In this document: piece by piece, positions 50,821-64,000 of the stretch
How positions within the stretch are numbered: position 1 is the first letter of the stretch
Layout of the letters: the number at the start of each line of letters is the position of its first letter
Assembly (NCBI GenBank): GCA_964016885.1
Contig: OZ024743.1
Span: 60,822,001-60,886,000 of the forward strand
From: Eledone cirrhosa
Taxonomy: Eukaryota
Reading direction: 5' to 3'
Length of the DNA stretch: 64,000 nt
Notes under the pieces: model-generated
What the model was told of the DNA's origin: nothing
What the model saw: only the letters and a program-made list of their open reading frames with translations
Database searches by the model: none
Program-made: the position numbers and the translations under genes

Positions 50821-53800
50821 CGGTTTTGTTGTTGTTGCTGAAGTTGTTGTTGACGTTTATCTTGTTGTTGCTTTAGTTGTTGTTGATGATGATGATGATG
50901 ATGATGTTGCTGTTGCTGTTGTTGTTATTGTTGTTGATGATGTTGCTGTTGTTAATGTTTATGTTGCTATTGTGGTTCTTCTCGATGTAGTTGTTGTTGT
51001 TGCTGCTGCTGTTTTTGTTGAAGTCGATGTTGCTGTTGTTATTGTTGTTGTTGTTACTTCCTCTGCTGTTGTTATCACTGTTGTTATTACTGCCGCTGCT
51101 GTTGTTATGGCTGTTGTTGTTGTTACTGCCGCTGCTGTTGTTATGGCTGTTGCTGTTACTGCCGCTGCTGTTGTTATCACTGTTGTTGTTACTGCCGCTG
51201 CTGTTGTTATGGCTGTTGTTGTTGTTACTTCCGCTGCTGTTGTTATCACTGTTGTTGTTACTGCCGCTGCTGTTGTTATCACTGTTGTTGTTACTGCCGC
51301 AGCTGTTGTTATCACTGTTGTTGTTACTGCCGCTGCTGTTGTTATGGCTGTTGTTGTTGTTACTTCCGCTGCTGTTGTTATCACTGTTGTTGTTACTGCC
51401 GCTGCTGTTGTTATGGCTGTTGTTGTTGTTACTTCCGCTGCTGCTGTTATCACTGTTGTTGTTACTGCCGCTGCTGTTGTTATCACTGTTGTTGTTACTG
51501 CCGCTGCTGTTGTTATCACTGTTGTTGTTGTTACTGCCGCTGCTGCTGTTATCACTGTTGTTGTTACTGCCGCTGCTGCTGTTATCACTGTTGTTGTTGT
51601 TACTTCCTCTGCTGTTGTTATCACTGTTGTTGTTACTGCCGCTGCTGTTGTTATCACTGTTGTTGTTACTGCCGCTGCTGTTGTTATCACTGTTGTTGTT
51701 ACTGTTGTTGTTACTGCCGCTGCTGTTGTTATGGCTGTTGTTGTTGTTACTTCCGCTGCTGTTGTTATCACTGTTGCTGTTGTTACTGCCGCTGGTGTTG
51801 TTATCACTGTTGTTCTTACTGCCGCTGCTGTTGTTATCACTGTTGCTGTTACTGCCGCTGCTGTTGTTATCACTGTTGCTGTTACTGCCGCTGCTGCTGT
51901 TATCACTGTTGTTGTTACTGCCGCTGCTGTTGTTATCACTGTTGTTGTTACTGCCGCTGCTGCTGTTATCACTGTTGTTGTTGTTACTTCCTCTGCTGTT
52001 GTTATCACTGTTGTTGTTACTGCCGCTGCTGTTGTTATCACTGTTGTTGTTACTGCCGCTGCTGTTGTTATCACTGTTGCTGTTACTGCCGCTGCTGTTG
52101 TTATCACTGTTGCTGTTACTGCCGCTGCTGCTGTTATCACTGTTGTTGTTACTGCCGCTGCTGTTGTTATCACTGTTGTTGTTACTGCCGCTGCTGCTGT
52201 TATCACTGTTGTTGTTGTTACTGCCGCTGCTGTTGTTATCACTGTTGTTGTTACTGCCGCTGCTGCTGTTGTTATCACTGTTGTTGTTACTGCCGCTGCT
52301 GCTGTTATCACTGTTGTTGTTGATACTTCCTCTGCTGTTGTTATCACTGTTGTTGTTAATGCCGCTGCTGTTGTTATCACTGTTGTTGTTACTGCCGCTG
52401 CTGTTGTTATCACTATTGTTGTTACTGCCGCTGCTGTTGTTATGGCTGTTGTTGTTGTTACTGCCGCTGCTGTTGTTATCACTGTTGTTGTTACTGCCGC
52501 TGCTGTTGTTATCACTGTTGTTGTTACTGCCGCTGCTGTTGTTATCACTGTTGTTGTTACTGCCGCTGCTGTTGTTATCGTTGTTGTTGTTACTGCCGCT
52601 GCTGTTGTTATCACTGTTGTTGTTACTGCCGCTGCTGTTGTTATGGCTGTTGTTGTTACTGCCGCTGCTGTTGTTATCACTGTTGTTGTTACTGCCGCTG
52701 CTGCTGTTATCACTGTTGTTGTTGTTACTTCCTCTGCTATTGTTATCACTGTTGTTGTTACTGCCGCTGCTGTTGTTATCACTGTTGTTGTTACTGCCGC
52801 TGCTTTTGTTATCACTGTTGTTGTTACTGCCGCTGCTGCTGTTATCACTGTTGTTGTTACTGCCGCTGCTGTTGTTATCACTGTTGTTGTTACTGCCGGG
52901 GCTGTTGTTATCACTGTTGTTGTTGTTACTTCCTCTGCTGTTGTTATCACTGTTGTTGTTACTGCCGCTGCTGTTGTTATCACTGTTGTTGCTACTGCCG
53001 CTGCTGCTGTTATCACTGTTGTTGTTGTTACTTCCTCTGCTGATGTTATCACTGTTGTTGTTACTGCCGCTGCTGTTGTTATCACTGTTGTTGTTACTGC
53101 CGCTGCCGCTGTTATCACTGTTGTTGTTACTGCCGCTGCTGTTGTTATCACTGTTGTTGTTGTTACTTCCTCTGCTGTTGTTATAACTGTTGTTGTTACT
53201 GCCGCTGGTGCTGTTATCACTGTTGTTGTTACTGCCGCTGCTGCTGTTATCACTGTTGTTGTTACTGCCGCTGCTGCTGTTATCACTGTTGTTGTTACTG
53301 CCGCTGCTGTTGTTATCACTGTTGTTGTTACTGCCGGTGCTGTTGTTATCACTGTTGTTGTTGTTACTTCCTCTGCTGTTGTTATCACTGTTGTTGTTAC
53401 TGCCGCTGCTGTTGTTATCACTGTTGTTTTTACAGCCGCTGCTGTTGTTATCACTGTTGTTGTTACTTCCGCTGCTGTTGTTATCACTGTTGTTGTTGTA
53501 CTTCCTATGCTGTTGTTATCACTGTTGTTGTTACTGCCACTGCTGTTGTTATGACTGTTGTTGTTACTGCCTCTGCTGTTGTTATCACTGTTGTTGTTAC
53601 TGCCGCTGCTGTTGTTATCACTGTTGTTGTTGTACTTCCTATGCTGTTGTTATCACTGTTGTTGTTACTGCCGCTGCTGTTGTTATCACTGTTGTTGTTA
53701 CTGCCGCTGCTGTTGTTATCAGTATTGTTGTTACTGCCGCTGCTGTTGTTATCACTGTTGTTGTTACTCCCGCTGCTGTTGTTATCACTGTTGTTGTTAC

Positions 53801-56517
53801 TGCCGCTGCTGTTGTTATCACTGTTGTTGTTGTTACTGCCGCTGCTGCTGTTATCACTGTTGTTGTTACTGCCGCTGCTGCTGTTATCACTGTTGTTGTT
53901 ACTGCCGCTGCTGTTGTTATCACTGTTGTTGTTGTACTTCCTATGCTGTTGTTATCACTGTTGTTGTTACTGCCGCTGCTGTTGTTATCACTGTTGTTGT
54001 TGTTACTTCCTCTGCTGTTGTTATCACTGTTGTTGTTAATGCCGCTGCTGTTGTTATCACTGTTGCTGTTACTGCCGCTGCTGTTGTTATTACTGTTGTT
54101 GTTGTTACTGCCGCTGCTGTTGTTATCACTGCTGTTGTTACAGCCGCTGCTGTTGTTATCACTGCTGTTGTTACTGCCGCTGCTGTTGTTATCACTGTTG
54201 TTGTTACTGCCGCTGCTGTTGTTATAACTGTTGTTGTTGTTACTGCCGCTGCTGTTGTTATGGCTGTTGTTGTTACTGCCGCTGCTGTTGTTACTGGCGC
54301 TGCTGTTGTTACTGTCGCTGCTGTTGTTATCACTGTTGGTGTTGTTACTGCCGCTGCTGTTGTTATCACTGTTGCTGTTACTGCGGCTGCTGTTGTTATC
54401 ACTGTTGTTGTTACTGCCGCTGCTGTTGTTATGGCTGTTGTTGTTGTTACTTCCGCTGCTGTTGTTATCACTGTTGCTGTTACTGCCGCTGCTGTTGTTA
54501 TCACTGTTGTTGTTGTTATAGCCGCTGCTGCTATTATCACTGTTGTTGTTGTTACTGACGCTGCTGTTGTTGTTATCACTGTTGTTGTTACTGCCGCTGC
54601 TGTTGTTATCACTGTTGTTGTTGTTACTGCCGCTGCTGTTGTTATCACTGTTGTTGTTACTGCCGCTGCTGTTGTTATCACTGTTGTTGTTACTGCCGCT
54701 GCTGTTGTTATCACTGTTGTTGTTACTGCCGCTGCTGCTGTTATCACTGTTGTTGTTACTGCCGCTGCTGTTGTTATCACTGTTGTTGTTGTTACTGCCG
54801 CTGCTGTTGTTATCACTGTTGTTGTTACTGCCGCTGCTGTTGTTATCACTGTTGTTGTTACTGCCGCTGCTGTTGTTATCACTGTTGCTGTTACTGCCGC
54901 TGCTGTTGTTATCACTGTTGTTGTTACTGCCGCTGCTGTTGTTATCACTGTTGTTGTTACTGCCGCTGCTGTTGTTACTTCACTGCTGTTGTTACTGCCG
55001 CTGCTGTTGTTATCACTGTTGTTGTTGTTACTGCCGCTGCTGTTGTTATCACTGTTGTTGTTACTGCCGCTGCTGTTGTTATCACTGTTGTTACTGCCGC
55101 TGCTGTTGTTATCACTGTTGTTGTTACTGCCGCTGCTGTTGTTATCACTGTTGTTACAGCCGCTGCTGTTGTTATCACTGTTGTTGTTACTGCCGCTTCT
55201 GTTGTTATCACTGTTGTTACTACAGCTGCTGTTGTTATCGTTGTTGTTGTTACTTCCGCTGCTGTTGTTATCACTGTTGTTGTTACTGCCGCTGCTGTTG
55301 TTATCACTGTTGTTGTTGTTACTGCCGCTACTGTTGTTATCACTGTTGTTACTGCCGCTGCTGTTGTTATCACTGTTGTTGTTACTGCCGCTGCTGTTGT
55401 TATCACTGTTGTTGTTGTTATTGCCGCTGCTGTGTTATCACTGTTGTTGTTACTGCCGCTGCTGTTGTTATCACTGTTGTTGTTGTTACTTCCGCTGCTG
55501 TTGTTATCACTGTTGTTGTTACTGCCGCTGCTGTTGTTATCACTGTTGTTGTTACTGCCGCTGCTGTTGTTATCACTGTTGTTGTTGTTATTGCCGCTGC
55601 TGTGTTATCATTGTTGTTGTTACTGCCGCTGCTGTTGTTATCACTGTTGTTGTTGTTACTGCCGCTGCTGCTGTTATCACTGTTGTTGTTACTTCCGCTG
55701 CTGTTGTTATCACTGTTGTTGTTACTGCCGCTGCTGTTGTTACTGCCGCTGCTGTTGTTATCACTGTTGTTGTTACTCCCGCTGCTGTTGTTATCACTGT
55801 TGTTGTTACTGCCGCTGCTGTTGTTATCGTTGTTGTTGTTACTTCCGCTGCTGTTGTTATCTTTGTTGTTGTTACTGCCGCTGCTGTTGTTATGGCTGTT
55901 GTTGTTACTTCCGCTGCTGTTGTTATCGTTGTTGCTGTTACTTCCGCTGCTGTTGTTATCACTGTTGTTGTTGTTACTTCCGCTGCTGTTGTTATCACTA
56001 TTGTTGTTACTGCCACTGCTGTTGCTGTTATCACTGCTTTTGTTACTGCCGCTGCTGTTGTTATCGTTGTTGTTGTTACTTCCGCTGCTGTTGTTATCAC
56101 TGTTGTTGTTGCTGCCGCTGCTGTTGTTATGGCTGTTGTTGTTGTTACTTCCGCTGTTGCTGTTATCACTGCTTTTGTTACTGCCGCTGCTGTTGTTATC
56201 GTTGTTGTTGTTACTTCCGCTGCTGTTGTTATCACTGTTGTTGTTACTGCCGCTGCTGTTGTTATCGTTGTTGTTGTTACTTCCGCTGCTGTTGTTATCG
56301 TTGTTGTTGTTACTTCCGCTGCTGTTGTTATCACTGTTGTTGTTACTGCCCCTGCTGTTGTTATCGTTGTTGCTGTTACTTCCGCTGCTGTTGTTATCGT
56401 TGTTGCTGTTACTTCCGCTGCTGTTGTTATCGTTGCTGCTGTTACTTCCGCTGCTGTTGTTATCGCTGTTGTTGTTGTTACTGCCGCTGCTGTTGCCGTT
56501 GCTGCTGTTGTTGTTCA
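50821..56517. repeat. About 5.7-kb GTT/GCT minisatellite, about 33-bp unit
   Basis: Unit GTTATCACTGTTGTTGTTACTGCCGCTGCTGTT with triplet-length variants. Confidence 0.95.
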
Positions 56518-56842
56518 GTTAGAGTCAATCCCCGATGAATCACGAACCCCGATAGAATACAAACCCCGCTTTATATTTAGGAGGTAATTAAGAAATTTAT
56601 TATTTAATTGAACATTGTATACTTCACGGTAAATTGCGATGCACACTCTGCACATTGTGCACTATGTGCGTAATTGAAACATTTTTATTATGTGTAATTA
56701 GATCTGAAAATCTGATATGATGTACTGAGTCAATTTGATATGAGTAAGGTTCAGTAAACAATAAAATATCAGATTGTATTATAACATAATGTAATTAACA
56801 ATTATATGTCGAATTGGGTCTTTTTTATTATAATGGTGGATA

Positions 56843-57062
56843 GGGCTGAGGATTGGCAATATCGATAGAGCGTGGGACACCTTGCTTCGTGGCATACAGT
56901 TACGGCCGTTTATGTTCTGAGTTCAAATCCCGCCAAGGTTAAATTTTCCTCTCATCGTTACGCTGTCCATAAAATAAAGTACCAGTCGCCCACTGGGGTT
57001 GATTTAATCGACTTTCCCCTGGCCCCCAAAATGTCTGGTCTTGTGCCTAAATAATAAACCAT
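56843..57062 (+). mobile_element. Family A SINE
   Basis: Matches 7058-7272 along its length. Confidence 0.85.
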
Positions 57063-57081
57063 TATAATGGTGGATGTTATT

Positions 57082-57240
57082 GGATCTCCATTGGTTCCGA
57101 AGTCGATCGTTCCAGTTGATTCAATCAGCGGAACAGCCTTCTCATAAAATTACCGTACAAGAGGCTGAGTGCTTCACAGACACATGTACTCTTAACGAAG
57201 AATCAAACTCACGACCTTACGATCGCAAGCAGAACACCTT
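57082..57240 (-). mobile_element. SINE family B, internally deleted
   Basis: GAATCAAACTCACGACCTTACGATC matches 4253-4277. Confidence 0.55.
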
Positions 57241-57400
57241 GGATTTACAACGATCCTATATATATGTGGATTTTACATGCATTATCCGAGGATGTATAAA
57301 TAACAATTTCACTATTTATTACAACTCTTCTCTCCACCTGATTCCCCACACTCTCTCACTCACTTCTTTATTTTTACCCCGTCCTTCACCATAATCTTTA

Positions 57401-57988
57401 TCTCTCTATATATATAAAAAGCTGAAGTTTTCTGTGTGTGTGTGTGTGTGTGTGGACAATTTTTAATGAGGGCTCATATATTCTAAACCATTCATGCGAT
57501 TTCTTTGACATTTTTTACAGAGCTTCTCCTGGCAGAAAACCTGTACATGATCTACAAAGGCTTTCAAAAATCGATATTGGGGCCTCTGGAGACATTAAAA
57601 ATGTCGGTTATGTGTGTAAATTTTCGTGATTAAGTAAGACAAGAGTTAACTTTCGTCAAGAATTATCTTTCGAACTCATTTTGTTTTGGGATTTTGCTTA
57701 TTACAATTCGGCTCATTTGGATTTTACTTTACTCTTTGTACTTGAAACAAAAGGTTTTACTGTTGTCAAAAAAAATGTATACCTAGACAGGATTTCTGTT
57801 GTTACATGGGATAACGGATGACACCGAGCTCACATATTAATCATTTCGCTGGAATAGTGCCTAAGGTTTTCATGTTTACATAAAGTACATATGTATTCAA
57901 ATTATATGTATACAAATTTACTTTGTTTAGTTTAATGAGCTACATGGAAAGCTACTTGAACCGTCCAAAGGACGGGTACTTTAGCTAG
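57401..57988 (+). mobile_element. Non-autonomous Helitron
   Basis: A|TC...TATATATAAAAAGCTGAAG start, perfect subterminal hairpin CCGTCC-AAA-GGACGG at 57961-57975, CTAG|T end. Confidence 0.7.
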
Positions 57989-58145
<157 letters not shown>

Positions 58146-58176
58146 AAACATACATGCATACATACATGTAAACACA

Positions 58177-58216
<40 letters not shown>

Positions 58217-58660
58217 GGCTTAGATCGACCTAAGCTCTGATTAAACATTTGACCATCGTTTTTTCCCTTCTATAGGATCTTAAAAGTTGCAGCGTTATTC
58301 AGTTTAAATATTGATCTGCAAATTCAGAAGAATTAGATCAAGTATGGAACGTTTCTATAATAAGAAGGAAAAAAATTCAAGATGAAATAAACACAAAATA
58401 TAGAGAAATTATTGGAATGAGAACGACTTCTTTTGTTGACTCTTCAGCAATATTTCTCTATTCTTCCTCTTCAAAAATGTCTGATCTTTCATTTTAGACA
58501 TTCTTTCCTTCACTCTTCGATTCCGTTTATCATACCATATCGGTCGACACAGCGATTGATTAATTCTAAATACGGCCGCGTCTATATATTATACGAATAT
58601 CGATCTATCCTGCCACAACACATTCACACACACATACATACACACCATACACACAGAATA

Positions 58661-58712
<52 letters not shown>

Positions 58713-58907
58713 TCAAACAAATATATTTCTTCATTGTTCTCTATCGTTTGCTTTGTTATTTCTGTTTAGTATTTTACACGCACACACACACACACACGCA
58801 CGCACATATACACACACATATACACACACACACGCACACACACTCACCCCCCCCCCCCATATATATATATATATTTTTCTTCCTAATAAGCGTCTCTTTC
58901 TCCCTGT

Positions 58908-58958
<51 letters not shown>

Positions 58959-59446
58959 GTGAAAACAAATCTCATTGATTCACACTTGAATCACATTCCA
59001 ATATTATATTGCACCAAATGAAATTTTGAAAATTCTTTTCATTTAGTTTCATACAATTTTGAAATGTCCAATGTTCATTAAGTACAGCACGTAAACGGAC
59101 ATAAACGCATCATTATCATCATTATCATCATCATCTTTATCCTCTTTATGATTATCATCATCATTTAATGTACTTCTTCCCTGCTAGCCACGTCAGTACA
59201 CAAGAAAGGACTACTGGCCTCTGATGTGCTAGATGGCGGTACATACGTTCAGGCCCGCCGTTGAGTGCATTTTATTGTGGCACGAATACTAAAGAGGTTG
59301 TCATTGTTTGATCCAATGGCAGAGTCCATCTGAACTTTGATTGGTAGGTTTTCTTCAGCTGGATGACCTTCTATCAGCAACCACATTACAGGCATATATA
59401 CACACACACGCGAACACACACACACACACGCACACATAGAATCATA

Positions 59447-59533
59447 ATTGTTTCTACTTTTGGCACAAGGCCAGCAATTATCTAGTGCATTACTGGTACT
59501 TTATTTATCGACCCCGTAAAGATGAAAGGCAAA
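59447..59533 (-). mobile_element. Family A SINE 3' fragment
   Basis: GGCACAAGGCCAGCAATT...TACTGGTACTTTATTTATCGACCCCGTAAAGATGAAAGGCAAA. Confidence 0.75.
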
Positions 59534-59659
59534 GGATCATAATGAAGGCGTAAAAGAGAGTAGATACAATATATTTATGTATAACAAATATGTATATTTC
59601 GCTGGAATTGTGTCAAGCTGTGAACCTGACGCAGCTAGCTCAGCAGCCAAATCAGAATG

Positions 59660-59700
59660 TCAGGCACTAGTGTTTCAGAATTGTCATCCATCATCAGTGA
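59660..59700 (-). ncRNA. Degenerate type I hammerhead motif
   Basis: tca CTGATGA t-ggat-gaca-attc-t GAAA cactagtg CC tga. Palindromic stem III; the conserved U before the cleavage site is replaced by C. Confidence 0.5.
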
Positions 59701-60719
59701 TATCTTCTCTCTCTGTACTGAGACTATGATGAGCTATCGCTTATATATATAGCGTATGAAATATTTTCTGGAGATGCTCCTTTGCACATAGCACAGGTAC
59801 AATAACCCATCTATGTTTTTATTCTCCGAACCATCTGACGTATGCATTTGGTCATTTGATGTATGAGCCTTATATAAAAGCTTATACAATATATTTATGT
59901 ATAATATGTCACGCTATGGGTTTCTGAGAATATAATACTTTTAAACTTCCCACGTGTTTGACGGACCTTTATACAACACATATGAGTAGAGTATAAGCTT
60001 TATTTTCTCGTGAAACATGTTACAGTTATTTCGATTTTTAGGCAACTGTAACTTTTTCAGATATGATTAGTACTGTAAGGAAATCCGGAACAGTTCCATA
60101 CAGTTACACAAGGGTCCCAAATAACAAGGGGTGGGGTATGGAATTAGCGTGGCGGCTCAAAAATTGGCAGATTTTCAATATTGTCTCCCTTGCTTTTTTT
60201 AAAATCAGAATTACCGGTTTAGTTTACATAATGAGACCGCAACCCATCCTAGTTACTTTATAACGTATGGGATTTTTGTAATGTTCTTTTGTGTCATCTA
60301 TAATGCTTTTTAATGTTTAAAGAAAATGAATTATTGCTACTACTTAAAATAAAATTTCGCCGGAGATAGATTAGCAAAGTTTAAAAACCAAGTACAGGGG
60401 TGGATCTAAAAAGTTAATAAGTGATTAGGGGCACGATTATTCGAAACCCGAGAGTAAGGGTCAGATCCTTTCTCTTCCATTGTCTTCATCTCTTGAGTAG
60501 TAACGGTATTTTTCCTCTCCTCTCTTATTCTTTAACATTATTCAGCAGTCGAAATTGTGTTAGGTTTAGACAGCAATATATTAGTTTATTCACTTTAATC
60601 ATTTGTTACATACATGTTGTTTTATGGCGAAATCAGAAATATGAAATGTTCCGTTCAAGAATTACACGAAGAGCTAGCTAGTTTCTATTTAATTTCAGTG
60701 TTTATATTAAGGGTGCGAA

Positions 60720-61232
60720 GACGCGTGTGTCAGAGGTTAGTGGGGAGTGGCCTCACGATCTTATGCTCGTGCTCTTGATTACCGGCTGTACAATGTGTCC
60801 TTGTGTAAAACATTTTATTGTACGTTGCTCCAGTCAACTCAGCCGGTACAAATCAGTTGTTTCTGTATTTCAAAAGCATTCACATATTGTATCCCATGAG
60901 ATAAGGGTAGACGTTACTGTAGAATACTCAGCCACGTACATATTAAATTCACAAGCAGGCTGTTTTGTTGTTCGAACAAATGTGAAAGTGATCTCGTTAT
61001 TTATGGTGTAGCAGAGGGCAATAGATTGGCAGAATCGGTAGAGCGTCCAACAAAATACTTTGCAGTATTTAGTTGTGACCTTTTAAGTTCTGAGTTCAAA
61101 TCCCGCTGATGTTAGCTTTACCTTCCATCCTTACGGGGTCGATAAAATAAAGTACCAGTGACGCACTGGGTCGATTTAATCGACTTTCCCGCTCCACTCA
61201 AATTGCTGGCCTTGTGCCAAATGTAGAAACAG
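60720..61232 (+). mobile_element. SINE family B (60720-61000) followed by family A SINE (61016-61232)
   Basis: Similarity to the other copies in the window. Confidence 0.75.
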
Positions 61233-61869
61233 TTATTTATGGCGTAGGAAATAATTCATGTTTTTTTTTTCCTTTTTATTCAAGTTTGGAATTAATTTAT
61301 TACTTGCAAAATTCAAAAGATGGATTATTTCATGCTTAGCAACAAGTAGTGAAATTTGGTTCAGATGACTAGGAACATTTTCCATTTGATTGAAATGGTA
61401 TTCTCTTCTCTGCAATACATTTTCTTCGGTTTCTCAATTTTTTAACTACATTGAAGTGACATATTTTATCTTCTCGGCGGCTTACACGAAGCCAAATAAT
61501 GCTCTTTTTTTTCAGAATTATGGATGTAAACAAAATAATAACAAAATCAAACGAAATATCGAGAGTAAATTTTTTTCGTTCAGAGAAGTGTCTGAAATGT
61601 GACGTGAAAATTTACAGATAAATTACTTAGTTCATTGTATCGATCTGTTTTTTTTCTTCTTTTCTATTAATTCTTCTGAGATATTCCGTAGAGATAGCAG
61701 AATCAAAATGGAATATATATATCTATAGCAATATCCTCTTTCTCGTTACAACTAAATGTATCTCTGTACCCAGTCACAGAATTTGATCATAGCATTTTCT
61801 TTTTCTATAACGTTTATTTTTTGTGGGGGCAGCATACCCGAACGGTTAAGGTCGCTTCGCAATCATAAG

Positions 61870-62150
61870 GTCCCTGGTTCGATCGCACTGATTATGATAT
61901 ACCATAAGAGCTCAGTTTCTTTGGTAGAATTTTCCAAGAGAAGTATGTCATCTGCATAAGCCAGTTCAGGAAAAACATCTACTTGATGTATGGTACTTTG
62001 CCGAACTTTCAGCGTTATCACATCTGGTGGTGAACTGGCATTTCGCCATCCATAATGCAGGCAAATTACAAAAAGGAATGGAAACAAATGATTTCACTAC
62101 AGGACACCGGCATTGATGGAGAATAAGTAAATGTTTTCTTCGGATGTCAT
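61870..62150 (-). pseudogene. Old RTE-like LINE RT fragment
   Basis: PFLFVICLHY...ELAYADDILLLE motif, with GVL upstream. Confidence 0.65.
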
Positions 62151-62228
62151 TAAAATTGTTTAAAGGTGGAGGTTATGGTTTCTCTAGAGAATACCCATTG
62201 CTGTATTAAATTAAATAAACTGCATGAC

Positions 62229-62304
62229 AAAATATGTTGGTGTGAGTACGCATCATTTGCATGTCAAAACAGTAGTTTTTCCTTTTTATATATTTCTGCA
62301 TTTC

Positions 62305-62351
<47 letters not shown>

Positions 62352-62661
62352 CAGACATACCGATTTCAGGGCGGTTTTCTGCATATTGCATAACAGAAAT
62401 GCATATATATATATGTCGATCGACTTTCGTCAAATCGGACCGTGGAAACAATGTTTTCGTCGGTCTTTCCAGTTGCTAATACTATCTATCGGTCGCAACT
62501 CCAGGTAGAAGGAGATGCGACCGATAGATAGTATTAGCAACTGGAAAGACCGACGAAAACATTGTTTCCTCGGTCCGATTTGACGAAAGTCGATCGATAT
62601 ATATATATATGCATTTCTGTTATTCAGTATGCAGAAAACCGCACTGAAATCGGTATTTCTG

Positions 62662-62702
<41 letters not shown>

Positions 62703-62779
62703 GAAATGCAGAAATATATAAAAAGGAAAAAACTACCGTTTTGACATGCAAATGATGCGTACTCACACCAACATATTTT
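62229..62779. repeat. Palindrome of about 550 bp with an 8-bp spacer (62503-62510)
   Basis: Arms are near-exact reverse complements, including internal (TA)n tracts. Confidence 0.9.
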
Positions 62780-62796
62780 ATATATATATATATATA

Positions 62797-63010
62797 AAAC
62801 AAAGGAATTGTGGTAAGGAGCCAGATGGACCATAACGCACCAGAGTACTCAATACTTAGGGTAGTAGAGTGGGAAATAAGAAAAAGTATGACCCCGACGG
62901 CAGAGCTCAAGCCGTTTCGACGGCTATTTCTGGACTCCCACACTCCTACACTCCTAGAGTCCAGAAATAGCTGTCGAAACGGGTTGAGCTCTGCCGTCGG
63001 GGTCATACTT

Positions 63011-63015
<5 letters not shown>
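62797..63015. mobile_element. Half-hammerhead fold-back family copy
   Basis: Arms about 62881-62937 / 62957-63013. Homologous to 1101-1293. Confidence 0.75.
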
Positions 63016-63048
<33 letters not shown>

Positions 63049-63062
63049 CTTTGATAGGTTTC

Positions 63063-63990
63063 AGCCAGTATTGGCCCATGCCATGTCTAACTTAATAGCA
63101 CCACCTGGCGAAGTCTTACAAATCAGTGTTTGGGCACCATGGCCCACTCGAGCAGAGAGTTATTGTTTACGGAGGCATATCCGGGTGTAGGAGGCTTATC
63201 CGGGATTTCTTGAAGGAATTTATTCAAAGACTTCTTGAACTTGATGGGGTCTGTCTCTGCTTTGATGTGTTTTGCTGTAATGTTAAAGAGTGCAGGGCCA
63301 ATTGAGGTGAAATAATTGTGCCGTATTGTTGTTATGTGATGCGAGTGGGATTTTTGTAGTGGGCGGATAGCACGGGGCCTAAGCCTTGGGTGTACACTAA
63401 AGGTGATGCCAACATCATTTGGGCAAAGCTGATGGAATATTTTCCACATCATACAGATAATGTAGCGCTCACGGCGACGCTGGAGAGAATAAAGGTTGAG
63501 CTTTTCTAATCGAGCCCAATAGTCAAGGCCTGTCATGCCAACTATCTTTTTTGTAATTGACCTTTGGGGTGCTTCAACTTTCATGATACTTTGTTTCGTG
63601 TGGGGTCACCACAGTGGACAACAGTATTCAAGGTGGCGTCGGGCAAAAGTGGAGAAGAGAAGGACAACAATGTGGATATCTCTCGACTGGAAAGTTCTGA
63701 GAATCCAGGAACACATTCTGCGGGCCATATAAACTTTGCTGTTTATATGAGTGGCCCAGCTTATATTGTTGTCCACAATTACTCCCAGGTCTCTGATGTT
63801 ATTTGAAGCCACTAGAGTTTCACCCGAAGGAAGAGAGTATGGTAGTTTCAGGGCATCCTTTTTTCCAAAGTGGATTAGTTCAAATTTATCCTCATTCAAC
63901 AGCATATTATATTTCCGTCCAATCATCCATGGGCCCCAAAGTCCTAAATGATTCGTTCTGTCGTCGTCGTAATACACAGTGTATCCTGGG
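63063..63990 (-). pseudogene. CR1/L2-group LINE RT C-terminal fragment
   Basis: LNEDKFELIHFG, IRDLGVIVDNNISWATHI, RRHLEYCCPLW, YWARLEKLNLYSLQRRRERY, FKKSLNKFLQEIPD. Confidence 0.85.
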
Positions 63991-64000
63991 AAAATTATAC

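Noticed and set aside
60104-60456. Possible MITE ends, with a similar start at 48598
   Set aside because: Terminal repeats are too diverged to call confidently.

Overview
AT-rich, microsatellite-dense animal genomic DNA, most consistent with an octopus/cephalopod genome (inferred from the tRNA-derived SINE families and the (TA)n/(CA)n/(TATG)n density). No host gene is recognisable and almost all short ORFs are microsatellite artefacts. Real coding remnants are all mobile elements: an uninterrupted RTE-clade LINE ORF (9088-12224) joined tail-to-tail to a decayed Penelope-like element (PLE), further PLE GIY-YIG ends with pseudo-LTRs, a GC-rich CRE-clade element with a PHD-like N-terminus, R4-like, CR1/L2-like and RTE fragments, a Tc1/mariner 3' end, two non-autonomous Helitrons and many SINEs. 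The most notable signal is about 14 type I hammerhead ribozyme (HHR) motifs found by eye, from several unrelated families. Most sit in fold-back (inverted-repeat) elements inserted in (TA)n tracts, including a near-perfect 323-bp palindrome with one complete hammerhead on each strand. All calls are from manual reading; no searches or folding programs were run, and boundaries are approximate.
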